From Laetmonice hystrix (lineage: Eukaryota): a stretch of DNA of 64,000 nucleotides. The position numbers and the translations under genes were made by a program. The notes beneath the pieces were generated by a model. It saw only the letters and a list, made by a program, of their open reading frames with translations, did no database searches and was not told the DNA's origin. The stretch spans positions 6,138,001-6,202,000 of the forward strand of contig OZ249447.1 of NCBI GenBank assembly GCA_965235115.1, read 5' to 3'. Positions 42,213 to 56,257 of the stretch are shown here, in pieces. Within the stretch, counting starts at the first letter, position 1. Each line of letters starts with the position of its first letter.

Positions 42213-44901
42213 CACGATCCAGGATCCTTTGGTTGACAGCCAACTCCTAGCTGTTGGTACATTCAGCTTTGGCAGCTGCAGAAAAACCAGGTACAATCAG
42301 GAGAATTACATACAAGCACAGACTGGGATTATCGAGGTGCTCTGGCATGTTGCAAGCCTATTTCCACTGCTGCCAGACTTCATAGTCTCCCGTCACAATG
42401 GTTTATTAACTCCCATTAGCCTTTTTAACCCTAACGTTATATTAAATTATCCTTGCTATCATTGTACCAGTAATATTTTACTTGTCTTGAATGTCTAAGG
42501 AGATGTATGTACGAAAGCATGGTTGCCATTCGAATGGCCGTGTTGTAATGCAGTCCAGCCTAATGGCCCAGCCAAGCAGCCGTCTGACTCTCACTGACCC
42601 CTGGCAATTTGGGAGACCTATGCCTTCGACATTGGAGCTGTGACAGTGTCACTTAACCTAACACTCTGACCGTACAGACTGACTGCTACTGTGGACCCTC
42701 CAGGGTGGAAACATCGTGATCTATGTCAGAGAAACGGATGGCTGTCCGCACATAGATTGTTGGCTTTCTACTTGTGAAACTTTACCCAAGGGTCAAAATG
42801 GTCGAACTTGGCGGCCATTGCAGCAGCGTCCTGTGATCACTCGTTGCCTTCCTCCAGTCTCCTCCTGTCTTCTTTCTATCCTCCTCCAGCGTGAGCCGGC
42901 CACAGACAATCACCAGACGATGCCACCAGCTTACACAGCCAAGTCAAGGGCCGCACAGTGCCGACGCTGTTGTCATGGTAACATTAGTATCTGCCCCCCG
43001 TATAAAGCCGTGGCATCATTGCAGCAAGTCTGCCATCTACCACAGCAAAGCCCATATCAGTCTAACGAGACAAATGTGTTGCCATGACAACAACAGATTC
43101 CATTGTGGAATGCTAATGTGAGAATGCAGAGATTTGATGAAATTTTGATGTTGGAAAGGAAAATGGCAACGAGTTGCTTTGAGATTGCACAGGCATTGGC
43201 CGTGTGTCCTGTGTGAGGGGGACTAACAGTTCATGGAACCGCCACCTGATATAACGGAACACCTGGCGGAGGGGGTCGCAGATTGGTAGAATATCTTAAC
43301 CTCCACATTGTCCGGAGTCTAACGTGGGCAGTAAATATGTAATTGGGCAATTGTTTTGCTAAAGAATTCATTTAAGAGCATTCTGAATTGGCCTGTGCTG
43401 CCAAAACAGTTGGGACATAGCATTGTGGAGATCTGGTGAACCCATTGCTCTTTAAGCTGCATGGGCGTGTTTGGGCTAAGCTGCCCGAGGCATTCATCCC
43501 CATGCCAACGTCCATCAGGTGGACGGCCCTGCATCCTCTGCAACCCCCGCCCCTACCTCACCCCCACCACTGTGTCAGTCAGGTCTGACCAACCCCCGCC
43601 CCTACCTCACCCCCATTCTACACTGCATTGGTTTATCCTAGCACCAGATAGCATCCTTGCGCAAAGAAGTTCATCTTTCAATATCCATAATTTTTGTCCA
43701 TTTGTAAGTGACCTGATGCACATGAGTGTAAGCGGTTAGGAAACAAAAGCACTCGGAAGCTCCATGCTACCATAATTGTTACAATGAACAAAAGTGGTTG
43801 CAACTCGGTATCTGTGCAGGTTCTGACTAAATACAGGAAATCTGGGTTTAGGCGTTTGGTGGGGGGTGGTCTTTAAAATCAAGGTGAGCCCTTCAGTGTT
43901 GGCAGTCGTGTCGGATCTCCAGGCAACACTGGCCCAGACTCTGCAGTCGATGGTAGCCTTGCCGGAACCATGGCACCAGGAGCCTATCAGGTTCTATGAG
44001 AATCATCTCCCCAGACAGGTAATAAAAACTGCATGGTACTCACAGCTCCCTCGAGTCACGAAACTCCCTGGCGTTTTTATGCCGTAGAGATTGATTTCTA
44101 AATTTCTAACCAATGTTGTTTTGGCCAAATGAGGTCGGTGATTGGGGAATCAGGAAGCACCAGCTTTCCATTTCAAGATAATTGGTCCGGATATGCTATG
44201 ATACTTCTACATTCATTATACCAAACAAATACGCATAAATTAGCTACCTCTGTACCTAAAATACCAACAGCTATAGATGCACGATTATGTCAATTCACAC
44301 TTCATAGAAAAGTAGGAAATAACAACCTTAGGCCCTGTAAGATTTAATATAGCACATAATGGAATGGAAGTCTGCGATTTGAGATGGACACCTCCCTGAG
44401 ACGATTCATCCCCTGAGGAGTGCCCGACGGTCGGCTGTCCACAGTCTCCCGCTGTGTATTAACCCGTTAAGCAGCCCGGATTGAAGGGGATAGGGCGGCT
44501 GCTGACACAGGATCTGTCGTGATCGACCTGAGATCCCCTAGCGGCAGACTTAGACATGGCCGGCCTCCAGGGGCTCATTGCGATGCCGGATCAGATGACA
44601 GATCACTCGCCGATTGACGGCGGGGCTCTCCCTCACCGGTCTCACGGGTCACTGATCAAATGGGACACCGTAACTTATTACACTTTCCGGGAGTTTATCG
44701 GCGGACAGCGACAGAGCCAAGTGTTTGCAGGACTTCAGGTTAACTGCTCGTCTTCTGTCTGCTGTCACAAAGAGGAACTCTCTTCAAGGCACCGCGCAGA
44801 GATTGAGAGGACGGTGGAGGAAAAGTACAAAAGTCTTACGATTACAGAAAGCAGTTTACAGTCCTTGTCATTGCTAGAATATATCGGGGCTATACTGAGT
44901 A

Positions 44902-45130
44902 AAACTCACTTTAAATCAGGGTACGGTAAACTCACTGTAAATCAGGGTACGGTAAACTCACTGTAAATCAGGGTACGGTAAACTCGCCATAAATCAGGGT
45001 ACGGTAAACTCACTGTAAATCAGGGTACGGTAAACTCACTGTAATTCAGGGTCCGGTAAACTCACTGTAAATAAGGGTCCGGTAAACTCACCGTAAATCA
45101 GGGTACGGTAAACTCACTGTAAATCAGGGT
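44902..45130. repeat. Minisatellite, 26-bp unit x ~9
   Basis: Unit aaatcagggtacggtaaactcactgt. Confidence 0.94.
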
Positions 45131-45133
45131 CTG

Positions 45134-45318
45134 GGGTGCGTTGCATAAAAAATCCCCGCCCGTTAAATCCGCCGCTAACGGTCAGTTAACGGGATGTTGC
45201 GTTGCATAATAAATTCCAACCCGCTACAGTTCCCGTTAACTGTTGTTTTTTAACGGGCACCTAAAAGGTCCCCGCTATTTTAACGGAGCGGGCGGGGAAT
45301 TTTTTATGCAACGGGCCC
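45134..45318. mobile_element. MITE (~185 bp), PIF/Harbinger-like, CTG target-site duplication
   Basis: TIRs gggtgcgttgcataaaaaatccccgcccg and cgggcggggaattttttatgcaacgggccc, flanked by ctg (45131-45133) and ctg (45319-45321). Confidence 0.8.
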
Positions 45319-45419
45319 CTGGTATGTTAAAACTTAAGATCTTCCTTAAGCTTAAGCTTGGGACCTTTAAGTTGTGAAAAATCAGAACCACAGAGACCAG
45401 ATTGCCCAGTTAGGAAGTG

Positions 45420-45742
45420 ATTATTGACCCGGCAGCTGGGCCCTCAGTAGAGAAATACAATGTTGCTCACCCGGCAGCCGGCTGCAGTATCTAGAATTTG
45501 CGGTTGTTTACCCGGCAGCCGGCTCCCCAGTGAAGAAATGGGTCCCTGCTTACCAGGCTGCCGGGTATACAACCCGAACGTTCATTGTTGTGTACCCGGC
45601 AATACCCGGCATTGCCGGGCATGGAAGGCTTACATTTTTCCGGCTCCGGGTAAATAACAATATAATTCTTCACACCGTACCCGGCTGCCGGGTGAGTAAC
45701 ATTGTATTTCTTCACTCGGTAACCGGCTGCCGGGTAAATAAT
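45420..45742. mobile_element. Foldback-like non-autonomous element with long sub-repeated TIRs
   Basis: Left arm attattgacccggcagctgg...gaaatacaatgttgctcacccggcagccgg. Right arm (reverse complement) attatttacccggcagccgg...gaagaaatacaatgttactcacccggcagccgg. The ACCCGGCAGCCGG motif recurs in both orientations. No clear TSD. Confidence 0.7.
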
Positions 45743-48180
45743 GTCTGCCTATAAGTTAACGTTGGGGAGGTGCTAGTAGTGGGCGGGCCCGCCACTACTG
45801 GTGCTCCAGCTTTGGCTGCCTGCATACTAATGACGATCTGCGCTGACGGGAACGAAATCTCCCGCCGTCATAATCCCAAGACCGTTATAAAAGTAAGGTT
45901 CAGGAGAGAAATGACAAATGAAATGGGTGCCATCTCAGACCTGTCAGCATAGATTAAGGTTCCTCGCGAAAAAAAAGTGATTTTAAAGTAATTCTTTGGT
46001 TTTCGGTGTAAGATCTCTCGGCGATCAGAAAAAGGGGTATCATTTTCAGATATTACACTGATATGAGAAGAATGGGGGATTGTAAAGAATTCGTCAAGAA
46101 GAGGAAGTGAGGTTTTTCAATGAGACGCATTGATTTCAACCAGTTGAGTGCCACCTAATATGGTGCAATCCGTCCGACTGCTATGGAACATGTGGAGCTG
46201 GCGGTCTGTGAAGGTGGTTATTTTCTCCAAGGGATGTTCCATCATGAGATTAAACCCTCCGGATTTCTCAGAGAAAGAGACACTGGCATCACGGTGGTTG
46301 GCATCTTTACACAGAGATCATCTAGTCAAAGACAACGGGTTCCTTCCACCAGCTTTCAAACTTCCCGGAGAGCAATTCCAGTTGAAGGTACATTACTCCG
46401 AAGTGTCATTTGTTGAGTGTTAATGAAAATGAGAAATGCAATGTCTGGCAGGCAGAACTGACTACGTGAATTACGGGGCCTCTTTTAGGGCAATTCTCCG
46501 GAGTTCGGTGCAAGATTTCTCAAAGTGCATTGATAAATACTTGCTATCATTCTAGTTCAGTCTTTCAGTTAAGCTGAGGACATGGCATCTCAAGCGTTCA
46601 TCAACTTGAAATTTGAAAGATAAGAATTCAAGTCAGCTGTCAGTAAAATCGCCTTTTAAACACTTGTATCTCATCAACAATGTCCGGAATTAATTTAGAT
46701 TAAAAAGTAGCTTTCTAGTTTAATTATGATTATGAGGTTGATATTCTTCAATGCCTTCTTGTTAGCAATTAAGCTTGGGTTGTTTTTTTCACTTCTTTAC
46801 GGACAACAGCTGAGAGTGAGCCAGTGAAGTTATAACAAACATATGTTAAAGTCAATATGGGCATTGTCTTCGACTGGGCTTGGTCATCTGGGGGACCTCA
46901 TGGCAACAAGATGAAACGATCAGCAGTATTTATTGGGGGGCGGCTGACAGTGTACAAGACAGCTGAGCGGATGACTGGAATGGATTTCCCAATTAGGTGG
47001 CAGCAAGCTTGGATGCAGCTGGAGGCCGCGGACAAAAAGCAGGCCTCAACTGCACATGTTCCTGGGCATCTCAGGCCGTTCATATTGACAAGGGGCATAA
47101 GGAATGTGGCGCGGTCACCGGCTAGAAGGCCGAGAGACGGGGGGAAAGGCCAGGCTGATATGTGGCCGGTGGCAGAGACGGAGATTGGTTGGTGGGTGCC
47201 GGGGGAGGGACAGTGAAGGCGGGGAGTTGGACCTGTGAAGGGGAGGGCCAGTCGAGGCCGACACACAGGTCCACCCTTCGGGCTCCATTAACATCACGTA
47301 CAGGCCAGACGGGAAAACGGTTCACCCAGGCGAGTAGCTGAAACAGGTAGAAATCAAAGTAGTAGGAATGTTGACACCACTCGCGTGTTATAACCCAAGT
47401 GGTGTATTTTTAACACTGGTATACCCCAACAAAAAATTATTTAAAAAAAAAACAGTCTGTATCGGTTAAGGAAAAGTAAGTGATAATAACCTAAGTAATT
47501 AAAATCTTGTGTGATTGAGTTTATGCTTGTTTTGCTAGACATTTCATACAAGAATACATTTCATTTATTGAGTCCTGTTGGACAGCCCACTCTGTCCTGG
47601 TAATTCACCGAATAAGGGTTCTTTATATAGGAATTGTAAAGGCAGTGAAGTATGGCCATGAACACTGGTTATTTGGCCAGCTGGCGCGGCCGAGTACAGG
47701 TAAAGACCAGTCGGGGGACTGCCTACCTAATGCACCTACATATTGCCATCACAGGTGAATATTGATCTGCATTCCGTGTGCTTTTATACACCTGAGCGTA
47801 CCCAGACAGCCCCCCCCCCCCACTGCCGGCACCATCGGCACCATCGGAACCACCATCATGCCGATGCGTGAGCGATGCCTTCATCCAGACAGACCAGCAG
47901 ACCCAGACATTCATACATGCGAAGTTGGCACAGCATGGGATTTGTTGATCTGGACAGGATATGGCAAATCCTTTTCATTTTCTCCCCGTAAACTTTCTGA
48001 AGTGAAATGGCAGTAAATAACAGTGTCAATATTCTTATGTATGTTTGGTACATGATATTACACAAAATATTACACTATTGATGCAGAAAACTGATCTTTA
48101 AAAAAAGATACAACTATATTTGTCGGTTCTTTCCGAATTTTCACCACTGTTGGCTAAATGGCTGTGCACACCATCTTATA

Positions 48181-48425
48181 CAGGGCCGGATCCAGGAGGG
48201 TGGGGGTTGGGGTTTGCACCTTAGAAATCTAGAAAAATTCTATCTGAACATGCTAAAACCAGATTTCCACCAGATTGCCCCCAATGCACAGTGCACAGTG
48301 CTATTTTAGTTGGCAAAGGAGCAAAATATAAATGTAATATCTTGGTAATAAAGTGCTTTTTCACCTGTCAAGTTGTTGCAACCCCCCCCCCCCCCCCATT
48401 GAAAAAGATCCTGGATCCGGCCCTG
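48181..48425. mobile_element. MITE (~245 bp) with 17-bp perfect TIRs
   Basis: cagggccggatccagga ... tcctggatccggccctg. No convincing TSD. Confidence 0.8.
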
Positions 48426-49366
48426 TTGTATGTCTGATTTGTAATTTTGCACATGATAATCCTCTCGTCCGTGGATCGCTTCTCCTATCATTGGAGCTTT
48501 ATGAATAATATATACCCGTTAACCTCAAGCTTTCAGCATACTACCACATGGCCCGGTCGGACAGGTGTAATTCCAGGGCAGTGGTGGTGGCAGTACTGTC
48601 AGGTTTCACCAGGAGCAGGTGAATTGTCATTGAGATGTTGGTGGGGATGGCAGACAGGCTGCACACACCCATGGTGATGGAGTGTATTTATGCATGCTTG
48701 AGGAAGGCAGTGGAGTCTCTACTGTACTCTTTGATCCCGTATTCGTATTGGTGATTTATTCACTTGGCATCAAATTCAGTGTCAGCATTGGATTACCAGG
48801 AATAGAATTATAATCTTAGAAACATAATATACATTTGTAAATGGAAAGGCTTATGTAAGGGAAGGGGAGGTTGAATGTGGATAAAAATAAAAAGAGTATT
48901 GTAAGCGAGAAGAGAATTATGTTACACGGTGCCATGTACCGGTACGTTTTCCATTCAGAGGAGAAGGCATGCATATATAACTGATCGGTAATGTACTGAA
49001 AACAAAATCCCAGTCCTTTGTAGGCTAAATGACAGATAATGTGTCGGAATGCGGGCATTACCGATTCTGGTCATGGCAGCTTGCATGACATGATGTCGCC
49101 CTGACTGGGATCTGCACTTACATTTGAGCACATAATGATAAGAATATGGTTATAAGAGGGCAAAGAATTGGGTCAGCACTCTTAAATACTGATTACGAAT
49201 TGGTGAGAACTTATATAAGTTCTGGGCCGGAGAAAGTCGTAATGAATAGCGTCGCTTCTTTAGAAACAGTTGTATATCGTCAGAGAGGTTGGATCCTCGC
49301 CTCTGTCCTGTTTTCCATCTCCTTGGACGATGTGAGACGGCAGCCGGTAGTGTATCGATCTGTATC

Positions 49367-50794
49367 TGACTGCTGTAGGTGGCTGTGGATGCCTCTATTG
49401 TTGGAGGCACGGAGGCGGCCGTATATAGTGTCAGTGACTGCTCTAGGTGGCTGTGGATGCCTCTATTGTTGGAGGCACGGAGGCGGCCGTATATAGTGTC
49501 AGTGACTGCTGTAGGTGGCTGTGGATGCCTCTATTGTTGGAGGCACGGAGGCGGCCGTATATAGTGTCAGTGACTGCTCTAGGTGGCTGTGGATGCCTCT
49601 ATTGTTGGAGGCACGGAGGCGGCCGTATATAGTGTCAGTGACTGCTCTAGGTGGCTGTGGATGCCTCTATTGTTGGAGGCACGGAGGCGGCCGTATATAG
49701 TGTCAGTGACTGCTCTAGGTGGCTGTGGATGCCTCTATTGTTGGAGGCACGGAGGCGGCCGTATATAGTGTCAGTGACTGCTCTAGGTGGCTGTGGATGC
49801 CTCTATTGTTGGAGGCACGGAGGCGGTCGTATATAGTGTCAGTGACTGCTGTAGGTGGCTGTGGATGCCTCTATTGTTGAAGGCACGGAGGTGGCCGTAT
49901 ATAGTGTAAGTGACTGCTCTAGGTGGCTGTGGATGCCTCTATTGTTGGAGGCACGGAGGCGGCCGTATATAGTGTCAGTGACTGCTCTAGGTGGCTGTGG
50001 ATGCCTCTATTGTTGGAGGCACGGAGGCAGCCGTATATAATGTCAGTGACTGCTGTAGGTGGCTGTGGATGCCTCTAATGTTGGAGGCACGGAGGCGGCC
50101 GTATATAGTGTCAGTGACTGCTCTAGGTGGCTGTGGATGCCTCTATTGTTGGAGGCACGGAGGCGGCCGTATATAATGTCAGTGACTGCTGTAGGTGGCT
50201 GTGGATGCCTCTATTGTTGGAGGCACGGAGGCGGCCGTATATAGTGTCAGTGACTGCTGTAGGTGGCTGTGGATGCCTCTATTGTTGGAGGCACGGAGGC
50301 GGCCGTATATAGTGTCAGTGACTGCTCTAGGTGGCTGTGGATGCCTCTATTGTTGGAGGCACGGAGGCGGCCGTATATAGTGTCAGTGACTGCTCTAGGT
50401 GGCTGTGGATGCCTCTATTGTTGGAGGCACGGAGGCGGCCGTATATAGTGTCAGTGACTGCTCTAGGTGGCTGTGGATGCCTCTATTGTTGGAGGCACGG
50501 AGGCGGCCGTATATAGTGTCAGTGACTGCTCTAGGTGGCTGTGGATGCCTCTATTGTTGGAGGCACGGAGGCGGCCGTATATAGTGTCAGTGACTGCTCT
50601 AGGTGGCTGTGGATGCCTCTATTGTTGGAGGCACGGAAGCGGCCGTATATAGTGTCAGTGACTGCTCTAGGTGGCTGTGGATGCCTCTATTGTTGGAGGC
50701 ACGGAGGCGGCCGTATATAGTGTCAGTGACTGCTCTAGGTGGCTGTGGATGCCTCTATTGTTGGAGGCACGGAAGCGGCCGTATATTGTGTCAG
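49367..50794. repeat. Tandem array, 68-bp unit x ~21
   Basis: Unit aggtggctgtggatgcctctattgttggaggcacggaggcggccgtatatagtgtcagtgactgctct. It explains the stack of 61-aa ORFs spaced 68 bp apart. Confidence 0.97.
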
Positions 50795-51212
50795 CATATA
50801 CCACCACCCAGTCAGGGCGTCGTCAGTCCAAACGTAAATGATAGCGGGTGAACCGTTGCCAATCTGATGGGGTGTAAATGTGCTATTAATGAATATCAGT
50901 GTCGTTCAGGGACGGTGAGCGGAGACCGCCAACATAATGAGTGATGACTGCTCGCTCGTACGGACGGCTGGATCCTGCTGCTCGAGACTGAAATCCTGGC
51001 TGTCACTTGGCAGTCTTGGAGACGCTCACCACATCCCCGATCTATTTTTAGACTCACAACCTGTTGAGTCAGCATACCAACACTTCTTTACTCTCAGGCC
51101 TGAACTCGTTGTATACGATTGTATAATTAACCAAGATTCTACATCGATGACAAAAAATCGGCTTGGAGTTTTAACGTTGATGTATTGGGTGCCTGATTTG
51201 TGGTACCAGCAG

Positions 51213-51349
51213 GTGCTCGTTTCGCTAAGACTCTACGAACTCGTATATGGCCTCAGAGCTCGTAAACAAGAAACACCTCGTATATTTTGCTGTTATGATC
51301 TACAGAAAATACGAGCTCGTAAAATACGAGTGTTTAGTGAAACGGTTCC
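51213..51349. mobile_element. Degenerate Harbinger-like MITE (~137 bp), CAG TSD
   Basis: Imperfect TIRs gtgctcgtttcgctaag and tttagtgaaacggttcc, flanked by cag on both sides, with internal ctcgta/tacgag repeats. Confidence 0.45.
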
Positions 51350-54025
51350 CAGGTGTAAATGATAATATCGCTCTCATGCGTGGTTCCGAAGCATGACAAC
51401 ATATTATAGTGAAATAGTGAGAATTAAAGGCACCAGAGGGTTGAACTTGTGGGAGTTTGTTCCCACACCACATGGTTAATTTCCTGGTGCTTGGAATGAT
51501 TTCATTCTACCTCCTTAAACTCTTCCTCTGCTCATTTACCGCCTCATTTCATTTTATGTCCTTGTTTCGCCCATTTTGCCATTTTATTGCCGAGCCATTG
51601 GCGACCATCTGCTTCCACTAAAGCTGCACTGTCCAACTATGCAGCACATCGTTTAATGATCTACCCGACTGCTGAAATTCGCATGAAATTGAATTATGTC
51701 AGCATTAATGCAAATTCGGAAAGCAAGTTTACGTGCAAATGGTGATGTATAGAAAGTGCGTGTAAACTGCCCGAGCCAGCAGCGCTTGATGTTAGGTCTG
51801 TCCTAATTGGATATCTATTGATGTCTTTGCTGATTTAATTTCCACTTGTAAACTAAGCATTTGCGATCCATGAAAGGCACTTCTACAGCTCTGTGAATTA
51901 GTACTCAGAAACAGGGAAGCTGCTTTCTTTACAGTTTTAGTGTTTGCCTATTGGTGAAAATAATAAAACCCATCTGGTACAGCATGAAATGTAAAAAATT
52001 GTATTCATCACATTCTCGTATAGTAAAATAGAATAGAAAATCTGTTTGGTAGATATAGGAACGAACCAAAGTATATCTAGGTCCAGGGACCATTTGAACG
52101 GCTCATGGCTGGTTGTTGACCTGGCGTTGACTTGATCAGCCAATGAATATCATCGGGCGATGCATGAATGAATTTCGTAATGAATGAATTGAGACGATTG
52201 CTTCATAGCGACAATAGTCAACTGGAACATTTCATTAGATTTCTCCATTTCTGTGGATAAACATTTATTGATTTATGTAGTGTAAGGCCTTATCTAACAT
52301 AACAGCTTATGTCTGCATTTTGGAGTCATTGAAATGCGAGATACTATCTGATAAACGTAAGCCAGATCTTACATTTTTAACGAACTGAGCCCAGGTTGTG
52401 TATTTAGTTTTTGAATTTGTTGAAGAACACTGTAGGAATCGTAACTGGAAAAGTTTGGTCTCATTTACCTTACTTTACAAACGTGTTCAAGACTTTAGTT
52501 AAGACCATGATTAAGAATTCATAATGCAGAACAAAAATATAGACTTTTCTCACCAATTGCCTACCTGACGACTGATTCCCAGACCTGACTGCAATAGACG
52601 AGTCAGTATGGGCTATAGTTGACTTCAGGCTGGCGCTGGCAAGTTCCGCGCACATTTTGTCTAAGTGTGTTACCGCGCATCCCCTGACCTTCTGCCCCTA
52701 TATTTAGGTCAGCAGTGTTGAACGGCAGGAATTAATAGTTAATGAGTCACAGTGGTGATCCCGCCGAACGAGTGGACATGCCTGGTCAACAGATAAAGAC
52801 GGTCGGCAGTGCCGCTCGCCGCCACGTGGCACCGCCAAACTTAATAACGCCTGACCCGAGTTAGAGGACATTAATGGAAACTCTTGGAGCTCCATAACCT
52901 GCGGCACTCCAGGCCGACGCCAATTACCTGGGCGGGTGCTAAAAATAGAAGTTGATGACAGCATGCCAGGGTCCGCCGGAGGCTTGCAAACGAGTGCATC
53001 CAGTATTATGTTACTCGAATACATAAAGTCGGACGAACAAAGCGCGGATGAATTAAACGTGCCTCCCCGTTCCACTGGCTTCAGTATTGTAATGCTCATC
53101 TGTGTCGAAGGACAAGAAGACTCAACTTTACATATTGATATCTAGTTTATTTTCACTAATGGCATTGTGTTATTAGTAGAATTTGAATTAGGTTAGTGCT
53201 CATACATTTTCAGCCACCTTATAGACCATAAAAAGGCCTGATGCAATTTGCTATTTCCATATACTACTACTTGGATGGTGTGACTGGAAACATGCAGTCG
53301 TTACGTTCATAGCACATAAATAGACGTTGTTCATTCCAGTCTTACGTTCTTTTGTACGTTTCTTTTGTAATGACACTTAAATTATCCTTATAAAGTACCT
53401 TGATCATTGTGTTATTAACTTAATGGTAAAAGTATTAAATTGTTAGATGTCTTCACGGGTTAATGTGGTATAGTAGGCCTATCTAGTGTCACGATATACA
53501 TGATGTAGATGTTAGATAATTTAGATAGAAGGTAAATGTTTCATCACACACATTAGTTAGAGTACACATAGCGTGATATCAAGATTAAATGTAAATAGTT
53601 TCATGATTGAGGATTTGTAGTAGTTTTTGATGACCTATTTTCGTAGAATGGAATTATAATCGGTCTCGCAATGCGAGAGGGCTTCATGGAAGCACCATCT
53701 CTTCTTGCTGATATTATTTTGACATCTGCACATAATTCCCCCATCAGTCAGCTATCTGTAATCGCTATTGCGAAGAGATTATGCCATATAAGATCTCCGT
53801 TTTGTTCACGGGTCGATATAGGGCATAATGATTGTTGTAATGGGATGAGTATATGGCACGCACGCTCAGAGCGTCTTGTTATAGCAGTAGCCACGTCATC
53901 GTATTGTTCACATAGTGCAATCATCGTATTGTTCACGTAGTGCAATAATAGCTTATAGCTCTTGAGAATGGAATCAGATCTATTACAACATTGCCATTAA
54001 CTTTTGATATCACAACATTTGCCAG

Positions 54026-54216
54026 GCCCTGGTTTTTAGTTTGCAAACCGAGTCTTAAGATTCAAATCTTAAGACTGAACTCCTGTTTCAGAGCTTCTGA
54101 TTGGTCCTTCAAATCATAGACCTTCAAATGAAGTCAACCAATGAGAGACCATAACACAAGTCAGTCTTAAAATGTCAGTCTTAAGATTGGTAAAATGACG
54201 AACTAAAAACCGGGGC
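54026..54216. mobile_element. MITE (~191 bp), PIF/Harbinger-like, CAG TSD
   Basis: TIRs gccctggtttttagtt and aactaaaaaccggggc, flanked by cag (54023-54025) and cag (54217-54219), with internal tcttaag repeats. Confidence 0.8.
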
Positions 54217-55570
54217 CAGGCGTGTCGTAGTTTGTGGTAGACATCAGGCACATTGCCTTGCTGCAGAGGAATGTCTCAACGTAGGACAATATTCTGTCTG
54301 ATCCTATCTTCCTATAATTTAGTTTTTTTGGAATCATCGCAGCTTTCCTTATGGCTAGAGACGCGTGACCTTTCCATGCCGTGTGACCGGTACTTGAGGA
54401 TAAATCAGTGAAGAGAGCCACTCTATGCGTGTTGAGTTCTTCGTGGCAGTTCATTATTCTTGTCATAAAATGGTTCTACAGCAAGGCGAGCTTTGGAAAT
54501 AAGGGTCCATAATCTTTGCTACTTTATTACATACTGTAGGAAAACGAGGCGCTGACCTCCCACAAACTCTCCTATTACCCCCTAGAGAATAATCCTTTTC
54601 ATCAGTTTCTCATTTGCAATGCTTTCGGGGATTGTTATTTCTTAAATCATCGTGTGGAATCGTAGCCATACATGCATTTATTACATCAGGGATGCCTTCT
54701 GTTATTCTGCACAATGGGAAAATGTCATCAAGACCCTCATTACCTGTCCAACAACTGCGCCTCCGATTCTCGCACCACGCTGTAAAGAATTATTTATAAG
54801 AATGTTCAAACTGGCTTTCACGCTTACAAGACCACGTGACTGTGGTGGTTGTAAATCGTTGTTGTATTGATTCAGGTCTGGAGAGAAGGCGCGGAGTCGG
54901 CTCAGTGAACACCACATATAACTTGGTTCTGTGTCATGTACACTTTCACCAATTTGTACTCTTCAGGCCGGCCCTGTGATGACAATTTAGAAAATGAATC
55001 CTTATTGATCTAACCAGAAACATGACAATTAATGGGATAGCGTACGTACAGTCTAGCCGGAATAGACATCAGATCGTTGATGGTAGAGGATTTTGTCAGT
55101 TGCCGCCATTTGAAACATTAGCCATGATGAAATAGATAACGCCTATCGGATTGAAAACAGATGGGCGCTCGCGGCACTGTGTTGTTTGGAGGCCATCGTG
55201 TCAAAGACAGAGGGTGGACTGAGCTTTGATGTAGCTTTGCGGCTAACACTGTTAATACGTCACATGTATCGCTGATCTCTGTGGTACACGTTATACATAA
55301 ACAGATCAAAGGGGTACGTGTGCCCCCCTCTTAAATTACAGTCATCTATGTCAGGGTGAAAGTTGTATCTCTAAATCAGTACCCATATATCAGCTATAGC
55401 ATGCAGCAAATGCAACCGTTACCATTTATATGTAGAACACAGTTGATTTACTTGTATGCAAGTATAACGGAGGATTGTTTAGGTTCAGGCACGTAATATG
55501 ACGTATTTACGTAATGTTTTGATCGTATCGGAAAACTCTTTAGTTATAATATTTTCAGAAGACCAGGGTA

Positions 55571-55981
55571 GGGGCCCATAAATCTTTGCCTAAAAATTGA
55601 CGTAGCGTTGACGTAAGAAGTAGAATGCTACTTCTTATACCGATTTGACGTAGGTCCGCCTCCGTCCAAGTGGAGAGCCGTCGGTAGGGACTTTTCTTTG
55701 GCGTGATGTGGGCCTTTATTTCAACGCAACATCAATTTTTATTAAAACTTTAATAGGACCACATCCAGTATGTTTCTCGTTCCACCATGAAACTTCATAT
55801 ATGTTGATGTAACATTATAAACAACATTAATTCAAAGTTTCGTATATTAATTCTTATTTTAGGAAGTTACGCAGGCAGGTTCCACCTGCGTAGAAATAAG
55901 CCCTTTACGTCAGTTACGTCGGTTACTTCCATATAAGTGATTATGGGCTATCTAAACTCTGACGTAACATTTATGGGCCCC
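55571..55981. mobile_element. Non-autonomous TIR element (~411 bp)
   Basis: 13-bp perfect TIRs ggggcccataaat ... atttatgggcccc, with repeated gacgta/tacgtc motifs near both ends. No clear TSD. Confidence 0.7.
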
Positions 55982-56076
55982 GACATATGTTATTTATGAC
56001 GGGAGAAACGTTAGGTATTACCCCGAGGAAAATGTATAGCGGGTACATTGATTGCGATTTCTTGTTTATCTAACCC

Positions 56077-56257
56077 TTTGGCCCGTTCTGCGGTATATAA
56101 GGTATAAACTATAGCGTCTATTATAATTGTTGTTTCTTGTTTGGCCCGTTCTGCGGTATAAGGTATAAACTATAGCGTCTATTATCATTGTTGTTTCTTG
56201 TTTGACCCGTTCTGCGGTATAAGGTATAAACTATAGCGTCTATGTAATTGTTGTTTC
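56077..56257. repeat. Tandem repeat, ~62-bp unit x 3
   Basis: Unit tttggcccgttctgcggtat(at)aaggtataaactatagcgtctattataattgttgtttcttg. Confidence 0.9.

Noticed and set aside
49379-50851. Stack of near-identical 61-aa ORFs
   Set aside because: Artefact of a 68-bp unit (not a multiple of 3) cycling through frames.
52704-53145. GC-rich patch with overlapping ORFs on both strands (131 aa minus, ~97 codons plus)
   Set aside because: No recognisable domain, splice context or terminal repeats. The length is within chance for GC-rich DNA.
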